Source of the DNA: Octopus sinensis
Lineage: Eukaryota
DNA length: 64,000 nucleotides
Assembly: GCF_006345805.1 (NCBI RefSeq)
Contig: NC_043009.1
Location: 60,078,001 to 60,142,000, forward strand
Direction: 5' to 3'
The number at the start of each line of letters is the position of its first letter. Within the stretch, counting starts at the first letter, position 1. Below the pieces are notes generated by a model. That model did no database searches. It saw only the letters and a program-made list of their open reading frames with translations, and was not told where the DNA came from. Positions 1 to 12,439 of the stretch are shown piece after piece. Position numbers and translations under genes: made by a program.

Positions 1-405
1 GCACTCATCACCTCACTTTCGTTTATTATGTTGATTTAATGATTAAATTTCTACGTTTCTCTATCACTGTACATCAATATTTATTACCTTTTGCCGTATT
101 TTGACTACATCTAAATTTTTGCTTCAGTTATTACTATTACAAGTAAGGAATCAAAGAAAACAGGATTCATGCTACATGCGTGATAAAAGATACTCGAGCT
201 AACAGGAGAATCTCTACGTGGTTGTTTCGACTTGCTAGAAACAGCAGCCATGCATTCCTCAAACAGCACCCTACTATTTGAAATAAGGAAAGGTAGACTT
301 AGTCGCTTGGTTTAATATCACCAACTGGTTCTTGGGTATTTTTCACAGTGTCTACTCTGTTGGAAGCATTCGGTTCAAGTCTCTGGTCTGAAGATAATTT
401 TTTCC

Positions 406-820
406 TATTTCTTTACTACTGACAAGAGGCTAAACATAGAGGGGATAAGCAAGGACAGACAAACGGATTAAGTCGATTATATCGACCCCAGTGCGTAACT
501 TCTTCTTATTTAATCGACCCCGAAAGGATGAAAGGCAAAGTCAACCTCGGCGGAATTTGAACTCAGAACGTAGCGGCAGACGAAATACCTATTTCTTTAC
601 TACCCACAAGGGGCTAAACACAGAGAGGACAAACAAGGACAGACAAACGGATTAAGTCGATTACATCGACCCCAGTGCGTAACTGGTACTTTATTTACCA
701 ACCCCGAAAGGATGAAAGGCAAAGTCGATCTCGGTGGAATTTGAACTCAGAACGTAACAGCAGACGAAATACTGCTAAGCCTTTCGCCCGGCGTGCTAAC
801 GATTCTGCCAGCTCGTTGCC
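406..820 (-). mobile_element. tRNA-derived SINE family A, dimer (full head unit plus 184-bp headless unit)
   Basis: Minus strand reads ggcaacgagctggcagaatcgttagc (A-box-like) ... gagttcaaattcc (B-box) ... gcctttcatcctttcggg (central domain resembling the Meta-SINE/Sauria-type core) ... ccccttgtgggtagtaaagaaata. A second unit starts at ggtatttcgtc (junction 589/590). Many similar copies occur in the window. Confidence 0.9.
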
Positions 821-851
821 TTCCTTCGTCTAAGATACTACTGATGACTTT

Positions 852-1520
852 TCTTTTACTTATTTCAGTCATGTGACTACGGTCATGCTGGGGCACCACC
901 TTGAAGGACTTTAGCTGAATGAATCGACCCTAGGACACTTTTTAAAGCCTGATAGTTATTTTATCGGTCGCTTTTGCCAATCAAATACAGGGACGTAAAA
1001 CAAACCAGCACCGGTCGTCAAGCGATGGTGGTGGTGGGGGGGACAAATACATACATCCAAATAGATATATACACACACACTGTGGATGGAACCTCATGAA
1101 TGCGACACAGGATGTAACTCAGGTATCAGTGGCGAGGCGGGGCTCGTGGGGTCCGAATTAAACCCACCCCCACTCCATCCGTAATGTCTTCCGGTCTGTC
1201 CTACCATTCGATCTTATTATATTTTCTTATTTTTGTAAAATTTTTAATGTCAGCTTTTTTGTATAATCATTCGCTCATCTGACCCCAAAATCAGATTGTA
1301 TTGTCCCCTCTTTGCTGGCCCCTTGTGGGTAATAAAAAAAAATGAACGTATACACACACACACACGATGGGTTTCTTTAAGTTTCTGTATACCAAATCCA
1401 CTCGCAGAGCTTTGGTCGGCCCGGGGCTATAGTAGATGACTGTAGCACAGGGTGCCACGCATAGGGACTGAACCCAGATCCATTCGGTTGGGAAGCAAAC
1501 TTCTCATCACACAGCCTAAC
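852..1520 (-). mobile_element. SINE family B, diverged copy interrupted by an insertion at 1081-1345
   Basis: 852-1050 matches the family B 3' half and 1365-1520 matches the head/body of the copy at 5946-6329. Confidence 0.8.
1081..1345 (+). mobile_element. 3' end of a probable LINE sharing its tail with SINE family A, inserted in the (CA)n of a SINE B
   Basis: Ends in ttgtcccctctttgctggccccttgtgggtaataaa plus an A-run, close to the SINE A tail ttgtcccctctgtgtttagccccttgtgggtaataaagaaa; upstream sequence is unrelated to SINE A; tatacacacacac lies on both sides. Confidence 0.55.
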
Positions 1521-2369
1521 TGCTATTTTCATGGAAATAAACGTTTCACCGGTTAACTTCACCGAGAGATTCAATATGTATTGATGGAAAGCCAATATAT
1601 ATATTCTTTTTATCAAATTATTATGACCTTACAGGAAAGTAATTACTTCAGTATATATCGTATCTCGTCTGAGAGCGGGTATAAATATGTTCTTATTTAT
1701 AGCCGGGTTTGCGTGAGATATGATATGTATCGAAGCAGCTGAGTTCCTGCACGGTCAAGTAAGGTCAATATTCTTTAAACGCTTTTGTGTATGTATGTAT
1801 TATGTATATGCGTATGCATGTGTGTGTATGTGGTGCATGTGTTTAAGTATGCATGTATACATGTGTATATGTGTGTGTATATCGGCATATGTTTGTGTAT
1901 ATCTGGGCCACAACTATTATCTTGAGTACGAAACCTAATGGAATCTTGTCTTATCGATACCACGGTCAGAACAATGGAATTTATCGGCCCACATAATTAT
2001 GCGTTCGCGCAAGTGTGTGCGTGTGTGAGTGTATGTTTGCATGTGTGTGTGTGTTTACGTGTGTGAGTTATATACGTACCTGTATGATTGCGTTTGTATA
2101 CACATAGCCACTTCCCCAAGCGCACACACAAAAAGCGGATACAACAGAGGGAGGCTGCCATACGGTTTTGTGCAGAGATTGTTTTCTATTTTTGTTTTCT
2201 CTGAGAATCCGAAAATAAATCTTTGTGAGATCTTTACGTATTGCATCGAAACAAAGATAAACATTTTTTTATTAGAATGAAGAGAATGGTAAGTGTTCTT
2301 GGCGTGGGCTAATAGTTAATTAAACTTGGCTGCAGTATTACTGAACGATATAGTTTTGAAATCCTGGAC

Positions 2370-2611
2370 CACAGTGAGATTGTGGCCATACTGGGGCACC
2401 GCCTTGAAGGGTTTAGTCAATCAAATCAATCCCAGTATTTATTTTTAAGACTGATACTTATTCTACAGGTATCTTTTGTCGAACCGCTAATTTGCAGGAA
2501 CGTGAACAAACCAACATCGGGTGTCATTCGGTAAAGGCCAAACTTAAGGACACAAACACACACACGCACACACACACACACATATATATATACACACACA
2601 CACACACATCT

Positions 2612-2652
<41 letters not shown>

Positions 2653-2900
2653 TCTGTTTATCTCTCTCTGTCTCTCTGTCTCTCTCTCATACACACACAC
2701 ACACACACACACAACGAGCTGCCCCATATAAGTAAGAACCGCCTTTAGTCGAACAAATCGACCTCAGGACTTATTCTTTGTAAGCCTAGTGCTTATTTTA
2801 TAGGTCTCTTTTGCCGAACCGCTAAGTTACGAGGACGTAAGCACACGAACATCGGTTGTCAAGCGATGGGGGTGGGAAACACAGACATACAAACGCACAC
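2370..2900 (-). mobile_element. Two partial SINE family B 3' halves
   Basis: accgcctt...tttgccgaaccgctaagttacg...aacatcggttgtcaagcgatg blocks at about 2390-2550 and 2738-2890, separated by microsatellite. Confidence 0.7.
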
Positions 2901-2948
2901 ACACACACGCACACACATACATGCACACACACACATACACATATATAT

Positions 2949-3456
2949 AATAGTATACATTTAAACATAAGAGAAACTACCTTTAACAGGTAATTTTATA
3001 CGCTAGAAGAAGCAGTCAAAACGACCAAAACCACATTTAAGAGCAATTTCCAAGGGAATGAAAAATAAAACTTTTACCTTGTTATTTTTGGTTTACGGTT
3101 ATACCTAGATTTCGAATTCTTTAGCAAATAAAATAATTTGCTGGGCGAAATTCTCATCAGTAACCGCGCCATAACATTAACATATAATTTAGAGACAAAT
3201 GACATGTGTCTCATCATTATATGTTATAATTTTTCAGATTCACCGCGCAAGTGCAGTTTCAGTCGGTAGTAAATGGAAAATGCCGAACTGATCTTCGAAA
3301 TGCTAAGATCATATACGTGAGATATATAGGGTAGCAAATATTTTTAGAAATTTCACTACCAGTGTCCTAGCATGTATAAAAAGTCAATAGACAACATATT
3401 CTCAATATAAAATAGTGTACATTTAAACATAAGAGAAACTACCTTTAACAGGTAAT
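2949..3456 (-). mobile_element. Terminally redundant ORF-less unit (462-bp period) carrying a hammerhead; retrozyme-like or non-autonomous Penelope-like element
   Basis: 46-bp direct repeat aatagt(a/g)tacatttaaacataagagaaactacctttaacaggtaat at 2949-2994 and 3411-3456, microsatellite on both sides, hammerhead at 3096-3166. Confidence 0.75.
3096..3166 (-). ncRNA. Type I hammerhead ribozyme, apparently intact
   Basis: Minus strand: cggtta (stem I) CTGATGA gaattt-cgccc-agcaaat-tatttt-atttgct-aaa-gaattc (stem II) GAAA tctagg (self-complementary stem III) TA taaccg (stem I'). The core is canonical with a GUA cleavage triplet and a predicted cut between 3102 and 3101. Confidence 0.85.
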
Positions 3457-3599
3457 ACACACACACACACACACAACACACATATATATATATATACACA
3501 CACATATATATATATATATATAATACACACACATATATATATATATATATAATATATATACACACACACACACATATATATATACATATATATATTATA

Positions 3600-3677
<78 letters not shown>

Positions 3678-3808
3678 CGACGGGCTTCTTCCAGTTTCCA
3701 TCTATCAAATTCTCTCACAAGACTTTGGTCAGCTCGAGTCTATAGAAGACACCTACCCAACGTGCCACCTACCCAAGCTTCTTACCACACGCCTACACCT
3801 GTGCCTAT
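3678..3808 (-). mobile_element. SINE family B 5' fragment
   Basis: cgacgggcttcttccagtttcc...cttaccacacgcctacacctgtgcc matches the family B head/body with an internal deletion. Confidence 0.65.
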
Positions 3809-4964
3809 TATAAAAAAAAAAGCTATTATGTGCGTTTTTTATATGAAAGAATAAACCATAGTGACAAAGATATTATTATTATTATTATTATTATTATTGC
3901 TATTCGGTTTTGCTTATATCAGATGTGCTAGCCTTCACTTTCAGCATTGAATTTTATCAAGTTTTCTTTAACAATATAATTTTGTACAGTATTTAAAAGC
4001 AAGACGCTCTCGAAGTTTTGAACGTCTTCCCTATTACCCCAGGATAGACATAAATGTCTGTCTTTTAGATATTTATCTATTTTTTAAAAAAATTGTTTAT
4101 CAAAAATGATGTCTTACTTTCTCCGGGTAGCAATGAGAAGTAACATGAACGGAAGTAGCACTGATCACGCCTCCAAAATATTTCTGAAGAGGAGAAATTT
4201 ATTGAACTTTCTGAAAACCAAAATACAGACTGTTAAAGAAGGAGAGGCAAATATATAAAAAAAAATATAGTGACATTTAATGAAATAAATACAATCACAG
4301 ACGTAAAAATAGAGACTGACATTTAGAAAAATACACAAGGCACAGATGAACATTTTTATTCTATACATACAGAAACAGTAATGCCCTGCAAGAAATTCGA
4401 TAACTCACACAAAAACAAAAATAGCTTTGGTAATATTCTTAAACCACAAGGAGGCGCTGCACATGGATCTGCTCTCTAGCAAAAAGAGTCTCTAAGAGAG
4501 GACTGTTATAGAATGGTTCTGCCTCTTTACTGAGGATTTTATCGAAGAAAGGTCAAGGTGAAAGGTGGCCTTCCAGAAATCCGAGAGGTTTTCAGAGTGC
4601 CTTCTTAGAAGCAGTTAAAAGAAGCCCTGTTCGATATGTGAACTGATGCAGTTTTCATTGACCTAGTTGAATTATATCAGGTGTTCTTGGTCTTTGAGGT
4701 CAGGTGTTATGTCAAGGACGACGTAAAACGACTGGTCGAAGTGGTTTGATATACATACAATCACATTCTCATACTGTAATAAATACACGGAGAAGTAGAA
4801 TATAAGGGGCACGTATAAATATATTATTTTGGTTATTGACCTTTCTTATCATAACCTTTGAAAGTACGAACAGATTTTGAGCGTTGTGGAAACTAAGTTT
4901 GAAATCTCTTCTGTTCTCACACATACATCACTGAAACCGAGTCGTTAAATACAAATATATTATA

Positions 4965-5353
4965 CTAGCAGTATCGCTCGGCGTTGCTCGGAATTTTTTC
5001 GACCCTTTAGTATTGGAATTTTTGAAAAGTAAAAATTTTGCATTATGTAGCTGGTTATTTTCTTTAAGTGAACATTTTTCTGGTTGAAATATGCCGAAAA
5101 ATGGCGACACAGCAGTCAAAAAATCGTAAAAAATAGGGATTCTCATAGAAAAAAAAGCACCTTTTTGATGTAAATAATTTTTGCTGTTAACATGGTCTGA
5201 TTTCAATTTTTTCTTCTACAGAAGAAAGAGCAAGTCTTCTTCTATCATACTCTCAATTTTGGTCAACTTGCGCTGCAGGATTTCGGAGGAGTGTTAATTG
5301 AAGGCTACCAAACCTACCATACACAGACAACTTCAGCTTTATATATAGAGAGA
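4965..5353 (-). mobile_element. Non-autonomous Helitron
   Basis: Minus strand begins A|TCTCTCTATATATAAAGCTGAAG and ends ccgagcaacgccgagcgatactgCTAG|T: 5' TC, imperfect GC-rich subterminal hairpin, 3' CTAG, insertion in an AT dinucleotide without TSD. Confidence 0.8.
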
Positions 5354-5945
5354 TTAATTGAAATGATATCTGCTAAAACATAACATATTTTCTTTAATTT
5401 TTTAAATATATTTGTGGACTCCCTGTAAAGTCACAACAAAGTCTTGTAAGACAATAAGGTGTAAGAAAAGGAAGAGTTAACCTAAGATATTTTTCTAATA
5501 TGAAGCAGTCATTACAAGTGACAGGTGTAAAGCGTCATGAGTCTTCAAACATAACCTTTTGGACAGCTGTTCTGAAAGTGCCAAAGCAGCTGATAGATGT
5601 CTTTGTTTTCTTGTTTTAATTGCCGTGCACGAATAAAAAGGTTGTGTCTATGGCCTTTCCAAGTCCTCCGAGAGCGTCAAAATAAACAACGTTACCTTTC
5701 CGCTTAATACATTGCAAGTCAAAAACTTGCAGGAGAGAGGGAATTCTAGAAAGCCGAGGCTGATTACACGGGGTGGTTAGTACAGTATTTGAGGTGTTGG
5801 AAAAAAGAAACATGCGGATAACGATATGAAGAGGGACGAATGAGTCAGGGGTGCCTGAGTAAAAGTGATAAGCCCAACCAGTTTCGATGAGCAGAAGCCA
5901 TTATAATTACTTTAGAAAAGTTGGAGAAAGAAGATAATCCATATA

Positions 5946-6329
5946 GGCGCAGGAGCGGCTGTGTGGCAAGTAGCTTGCTTACCAACCACAAGGTTCCAGG
6001 TTCATTCCCATTGCGTGGCACCATAGGCGGGTGTCTTCTACTGTAGCCTCGGGTCGACCAAAGCCTTGTGAGTGGATTTGGTAGCCGGAAACTGAAAGAA
6101 GCCCGTCGTATATAATGTATGTGTGTGTCTGTCTTTGTCTCCCCAACATCGCTTGACAACCGATGCTGGTGTGTTTACGTCCCCGTAACTTAGCGGTTCG
6201 GCGAAAGAGACCGATAGAATAAGTACCAGGCTTCCAAAGAATAAGTCCTGGGGTCGATGTGCTCGACTAAAGGCAGTGCTCCAGCATGGCCGCAGTCAAA
6301 TGACTGAAACAAGTAAAAGAGTAAAGAGT
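5946..6329 (+). mobile_element. SINE family B, full length
   Basis: tRNA-like head (tggcaagtagc... ggttcattccc), CORE-like segment (gcaccttgggcaagtgtcttc in other copies), internal TA/TG microsatellite, tail tgactgaaacaagtaaaagagtaaagag. Confidence 0.9.
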
Positions 6330-6915
6330 GGATTAGTGTCTGGGGTGTATCTGGGAGTGACTTTTAGACATCAGTCGAGTAGCATTTCTATGAATGCGAT
6401 TTGAGGTTTCTTAAACAGTACCTGTCGATTAATATCGTGAGAGCAATACTCCATTGTGGTTTTCATCTAAATTTTGCAGAATACCAGTAATTGTTGGAAA
6501 TTGATCATTTCTGGTGCTAAAGAGAAAATTCAGTTTTTGGATGCAGTCATAAATATGTTAAGAATGAGCTTTCACTCGTAATGATCGTCGGTGATGGTGT
6601 GGCCTAACTTTTTGAACAACTGCAAGGACTGGTCGCGTGCTGCTCATATTTAGTGGGGTGTGACGGAATGATATTTTCTTGATGTGAGTAGAGATTGAAC
6701 ATGTGTGTGTTACTGTTGAAAGAAACAAAATTAGCATGTTCCTATTAATCAATGCTTTCGAAGTTCCTGTTCATGGAATCGGTGAAGGTTTGGCCACTCC
6801 TGCGCCTATAATAGGATTTTTTCAAACATCAAATGACTGCAAGGGTCCAGTAGAATAAAATAAGAATCAAAAGGGACCAAAGGTAAAAAAAAAATGGTTA
6901 GGATCCATTAGACAT

Positions 6916-7327
6916 ACTCTTTTTCTCTTTTTACTTGTTTCAGTCATTTGACTGCGGCCATGCTGGAGCACCGCCTTTAGTCGAGCAAATCGACCCCGGG
7001 ACTTATTCTTTGTAAGCCCAGTACTTATTCTATCGGTCTCTTTTGCCGAACCGCTAAGTGACGGGGACGTAAACACACCAGCATCGGTTGTCAAGCAATG
7101 CTAGGGGAACAAACACAGACACACAAACATATTCACACACACTTATATATATATACATACATATATACGACAGGCTTCTTTCAGTTTCCGTCTACCAAAT
7201 CCACTCACAAGGCATTGGTCGGCCCGGGGCTATAGCAGAAGACACTTGCCCAAGATTCCACGCAGTGGGACTGAACCCGGAACCATGTGGTTGGTTAGCA
7301 AGCTACTTACCAAACAGCCACTCCTGC
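6916..7327 (-). mobile_element. SINE family B, full length, inverted relative to 5946-6329
   Basis: Reverse complement aligns end to end with 5946-6329. Confidence 0.9.
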
Positions 7328-7558
7328 TTAGCGAAATATATTATTTTTTTAGTTGAGAATATTAAGAGAAATCAATATTTTGAGAAATAAAAGGAATGTA
7401 ATGAATATGAAACCATGACTGAGTGGAAAATACTTCAATAGTATTGTTGTTTAACCCAGATCACCTTTATCAGGCAGACCTATGACCAAAATCGATTTTG
7501 TTTCTGATTATACTGTCAATATTTATTTATTTATTTATTTTTTTTTAACCCTCTGGAA

Positions 7559-7972
7559 GGCGGCGAGCTGGCAGAATCGTTAGCACGCCGGGCGAAATGC
7601 TTAGCGGTATTTCGTCTGCCGCTGCGTTCTGAGTTCAAATTCCGCCGAGGTCGACTTTGCCTTTCATCCTTTCAGGGTCGATAAATTAAGTACCAGTTAC
7701 GCACTGGGGTCGATGTAATCGACTTAATACCTATGTCTGTCCTTGTTTGTCCCCTCTGCGTTTAGCCCCTTGTGGGTAATAAAGAAATAGGTCTTTCGTC
7801 TGCCGTTACGTTCTGAGTTCAAATTCCGCCGAATTCGACTTTGCTTTCATCCTTTCGGGGTCGATTAAATAAGTACCAGTTACGCGCTTTGGTCGATGTA
7901 ATCGACTTCATCTGTTTGTCTGTCCTTGTCTGTCCCCTCTATGTTTAGCCCCTTGTTAGCAATAAAGAAATA
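7559..7972 (+). mobile_element. SINE family A dimer
   Basis: Head ggcggcgagctggcagaatcgttagcacgccggg; junction aaagaaata|ggtctttcgtc at 7789/7790; second unit is 183 bp. Confidence 0.9.
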
Positions 7973-8039
7973 AGAATATATATATATATACATATATATA
8001 CACCTATATAGAAATATATATAAACATATCTATATTTGC

Positions 8040-8468
8040 ACGCCAGGCAAAATACCTTCCGCCTTTTCGTCGTTCTTTACGTTCTGGGTTCAAATTCCGC
8101 CGAGGTCGACTTTGTCTTTCGGAGTTGATAAATTAAGTACCAGTTGCGTACTGGGGTCGATGTGATCGACTGCCCCCCCTCCCCCAAAATTTCGGCCCTT
8201 GTACCTAGAGTAGAAAAGAATATTTGCTTTTTATATAGTGGGAGGCGGCAGAGTCGGCAGTATAGTTCGCTCACCAGGCACAATGCCTTACGCCATTTCG
8301 TCGTTCTTTACGTTCTGGGTTCAAATTCCGCCGAGGACGACTTTGCCTTTCATCCTTTCGGGATCGATAAAATAGGTACCAGTCGATCACTGTGAGTGGG
8401 GGCCGGTGTAACCGACTTACTCCCTCCACCGAAATTTCTGGCCTTGTACCAAAATTTGAAGCCAATAA
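8040..8468 (+). mobile_element. Two tandem SINE family A copies, short-tail subfamily
   Basis: B-box gggttcaaattccgccgagg at ~8086 and ~8317; tails cccctcccccaaaatttcggcccttgtacc and ctccaccgaaatttctggccttgtacc. Confidence 0.8.
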
Positions 8469-8684
8469 TCCTTTTTTCAGTGAATTCTAAAGCATCATTA
8501 TCGAATATATCCTTTCTTTTCATATATGCTAGAATTTAATTTAAGAGAGATTTGGTTCCTAATGTTAGCAGGTCAAACTAATACATAAAATGGCCCTCGT
8601 TAATTTGTTGCACATGCTTTCATATCTGCTGTGAATATACACTAATACTCTCTTTCTCCCTCTCTCACACACACGTACGCATAC

Positions 8685-8935
8685 ACGCACACACACACAC
8701 ATATGTATGTGATGTGTGTGTGTGTGTGTGAGTATGTGTGAGTGTGTGTGTGTGTGGGTGTGTATTTGTGTGTGTATTTATACATATGTATGTGCATATG
8801 TATTTGTATATAAATATATATATGTATATATGTATATATATGTATGTATATATATAGATATAGATATATTTGTATATAAATATATACATATGTGTGTGCA
8901 TATATATATATATATATAATATCTATATATATATC

Positions 8936-8976
<41 letters not shown>

Positions 8977-9280
8977 GTATATTATATATATATTATATAT
9001 ATATAATATATATATGTATATATATGTATATATATATATGTATATATATATTATTATATATATATATTATATATATATGTATATATATATGTATTATATA
9101 TATATATATATATAGATATATATATATATATATCTATATATATGTATATATATGTATATATATGTATATATGTATATATATATGTATAATATATGTATAT
9201 ATATGTATGTATATATATAGATATAGATATATTTGTATATAAATATATATATGTATATATATGTATATATATATATATGT

Positions 9281-9326
<46 letters not shown>

Positions 9327-9405
9327 TATATATATATAGGCAGAGTTAGAAGCCGAGAACATATCTCACAAATACACACACACACACGCACAAACACGCA
9401 CACAC
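8685..9405. repeat. Compound (CA/TG)n and degenerate (TA)n microsatellite
   Basis: Seen directly. Comparable tracts at 3456-3677, 31270-31870, 39840-40140, 41130-41450, 44740-44930, 45815-46040, 48165-48250, 49795-50140, 54320-54590, 54955-55310, 59075-59310, 59690-60560 and 60695-60900. Confidence 0.98.
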
Positions 9406-10081
9406 AATCATATGTCCCTTAATGTTCAACACAAAATCGCGTCTCCAGCAATCGATTTTTCATCGATTCTACCTTCTATATTGGTTAAGAATATCGATTA
9501 CATTGAACACTGTCTGATAATTCAATGCGTCTGTCGATGTCCTGATAACATTCGCCGCTTTCCCAAGGCCTATCTGTGTCTGTCTGTCGGCCTGCTGCCT
9601 CGTGGCTTTACGTAACTGTTGTTATGAGCTGGTGTAAAGGCTGAGTATTGAGACGTGAGCGAAGGGGGGAAGATACGGAAGCCAAGGGGAAACATGGAAG
9701 AGAAGAGAGGGAGAACGGAGAACAGAGAACAAAGACAGAAGAGTCTTTAAAGGATAATGAACCATACAGAGAATGAAGGAAAGTTGCGGGGAGAGTAGAC
9801 AACTGTTGTAGAAGCAGGAAATTAAGAGAAAACTCGGAGGGAGGAAATTGTATTTATCACATTGTTGGTTTCGGTCGCTGAACTGAGGCCATGCTGGAGT
9901 CTTAGGAGAGTGCATTCGTTCGTAACAAATCAACAGCGATGTTTATTTCAGACTCTCCATATTAATTTATTGATCTGAAATTATGAAACCCCAAGGTTGC
10001 GATTTTACTCAAAACCGGCTAACATCGATAAATATACACACACATACACACTCTTTCTCACTCTTTCTTTCTTTCTCACAT

Positions 10082-10140
<59 letters not shown>

Positions 10141-10303
10141 GCAAACACAAACTACACATACATATACTGATATATCTATATACATATATGAATATTAGCT
10201 TATATATTTACATATACATATATATCTATCTACCTACCTATCTCCCTATATATATATATATGTATAGATATTTTGATATATATTTATATATAGTTGTGTA
10301 TGT

Positions 10304-10352
<49 letters not shown>

Positions 10353-10869
10353 GTGTGTATGTATGTATGTATGTACAGAGAGAGAGAGAGAGGGGATGGG
10401 GAAAGAGAAAGGGAAACTCGTCACGAGGCGAATGGGAGAACTCGTTAGATAAGTGTCACGGCCCGTTCATTCTTGATATTCTAAGGAACGTGTGTCCACC
10501 TATCTAGTGAACCCTAGGTGCCCGCCTGCTGTTATTTAGATGCTATCTTTATTGACGATTGAGCTTAGAAACTTTAGGTTATCTTATTCCTCAGACACAA
10601 AGAACCCCGCATGAACTTGCGCTGTTTCCAACTGGATTTCCTTTATTCTTATGTTTAGTGGTTCGCTATATTCCTTTTCAGTTTTATCTATCATTTCTAT
10701 TTGCCTATAACTACACTTAAGCTCTTCTCAGCTGTCTCTTACAAGCGTTTTATCGCCGCTATTTTGTTACGGCCCTTGATGTTGAACTGACCCAATATTT
10801 GATACATGGATGCTGCAGCAAAGCCCCGTGCGCCAGATCGATTGCCTTTACTGCGCATAAACACACACA

Positions 10870-10935
<66 letters not shown>

Positions 10936-11394
10936 CATGTATTATAATCTGCTACCAGGTATATAGTAACAACTACCGTGTCGTATGCTAAGAGATATGT
11001 TTCCTAGCCTTGGATATCAAAAGAGATTTTGACAGAATGTGTTTCAACGGATTCTATACCATTCTGTACCAAGTATGAATCAAAATGAACAGGCAGCCAA
11101 AACCCCTCTTCATCAATACTCACCCATCAGCCGTCATTGTATCTCTACCTGGATCATTTCTGTCTTCATTCTTCATAGATTACCGTGTGAATGCTCTGGC
11201 AATTTCTTTGTTTACTATTAAAGAAATCGACAGAAAAAAACCATTGTTGTAGAAGTTACCTTAAATGGAGCTCTTAGCAGGATGAAATGATGAAAAGCTG
11301 CTAGTTAAGCATCATATCCTGTCAGCTAAATCACAATTTTGGAAAATGTATATCGATGGACTAAAAACGTTACAATTTTTAATTGTGACCTTTA

Positions 11395-11860
11395 AGTGGC
11401 GAGCTAAGAGGATTTGTTAGTACATTGGGCAAAATGCTTAGCGAAATTTCATCTGTCTTCATGTTCTGAGTTCAAATTCCACCGAGGGTGACGTTGCCTT
11501 TCATCTTTCTGGCCTCAATAAAATAATTACCAGTTGAGTGCTGGGGTTGATTTAAGCAACAGTCTCCTTACCCACTCCACCGGAATTGTTGGCCTTCTTC
11601 CAAAATTTGAAATCAATATCTAATTGTGACCTTAAGGCTAGCAGAATCGTTAACACGCCGGGAAAACGCTTAGCAACATTTCGTCCGTCTTTACGTTCCT
11701 AGTTCAAATCCTGCCGAAGTTGACTTTGTCTTTCATCCTTTCAGGGTAGGTGAAATATGCATCAGTTGAATAGTGTGTGTATGTGGGGAGAGGTCGATAT
11801 AATCGGCTTACCCCTCCAACGAATTTGCTGGCCTTGTGCTAAAATTTGAAATCAATATTT
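11395..11860 (+). mobile_element. Two older tandem SINE family A copies
   Basis: gagttcaaattccaccgagg and agttcaaatcctgccgaag B-boxes; the first copy is flanked by taattgtgacctt on both sides (13-bp TSD). Confidence 0.75.
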
Positions 11861-12439
11861 AATGGCGACACTCTGTTCTGCTGGATTAAACTGCATCTTT
11901 TAACAGAATCTATAAAAGAAATACCAGTAATAAATTGTATACATTTCATTGGATTTTATCATTTCACCAATTTTGTAGCTTCGCATCTCGTTCTCCCCGC
12001 TCCACCACCAATAAAGTCCAATAACAATACCAATAACAAAATCGATATTTAATCGAAGTTTCTTATGCCAGTTTCACTATTCAATTTTATTGTCCAACAG
12101 TCTGTAATTCTGCGCCAAGTTTCAATTATTGTATTTATGATTTTGCATAATATGAAAATCTTATAAATTCTTTGATTCTTTTACTGGTTTTAGTCATCGA
12201 ACCATGGCCATTCTGGGGCACCACTACTAACTTCTATGACTGAGTCGAAGATTACAAATGGCTAAACTTATCTCATCAACGACAGAAGAATGGAAAGTAA
12301 ATGCAAAGGAAATCTGATCGGTTCTTGAAGAAAGAAACGAAGCAAAGCACCTCGGAGTATTTGCATTTTGTTCGACGCACTGCCGATTATGCCTTCATTC
12401 ACTTTCCTGTTTAGCTATTCAGCAAAGAAACCTTTACCG

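Larger units (their letters stand above)
4150..6800 (-). pseudogene. Heavily decayed CR1/L2-like LINE reverse transcriptase, interrupted by a Helitron and a SINE B
   Basis: Minus-strand motif remnants in the expected order: NVVYFD...KAIDT (~5690-5645, cf. DVVYLDFxKAFD), QKVMFEDS*RFTPVT (~5560-5518, cf. QxVxxxxxxSxxxPVTSGVPQG), ILG*LFL (~5490, cf. ILGPLLF), degenerate FADD (~5370). Many stops and frameshifts; boundaries approximate. Confidence 0.45.

Noticed and set aside
5616-5813. KGNVVYFDALG read as a Polinton/adenain protease YFDSFG motif
   Set aside because: The surrounding motifs in order fit a LINE RT better, and the protease His/Cys motifs are absent.
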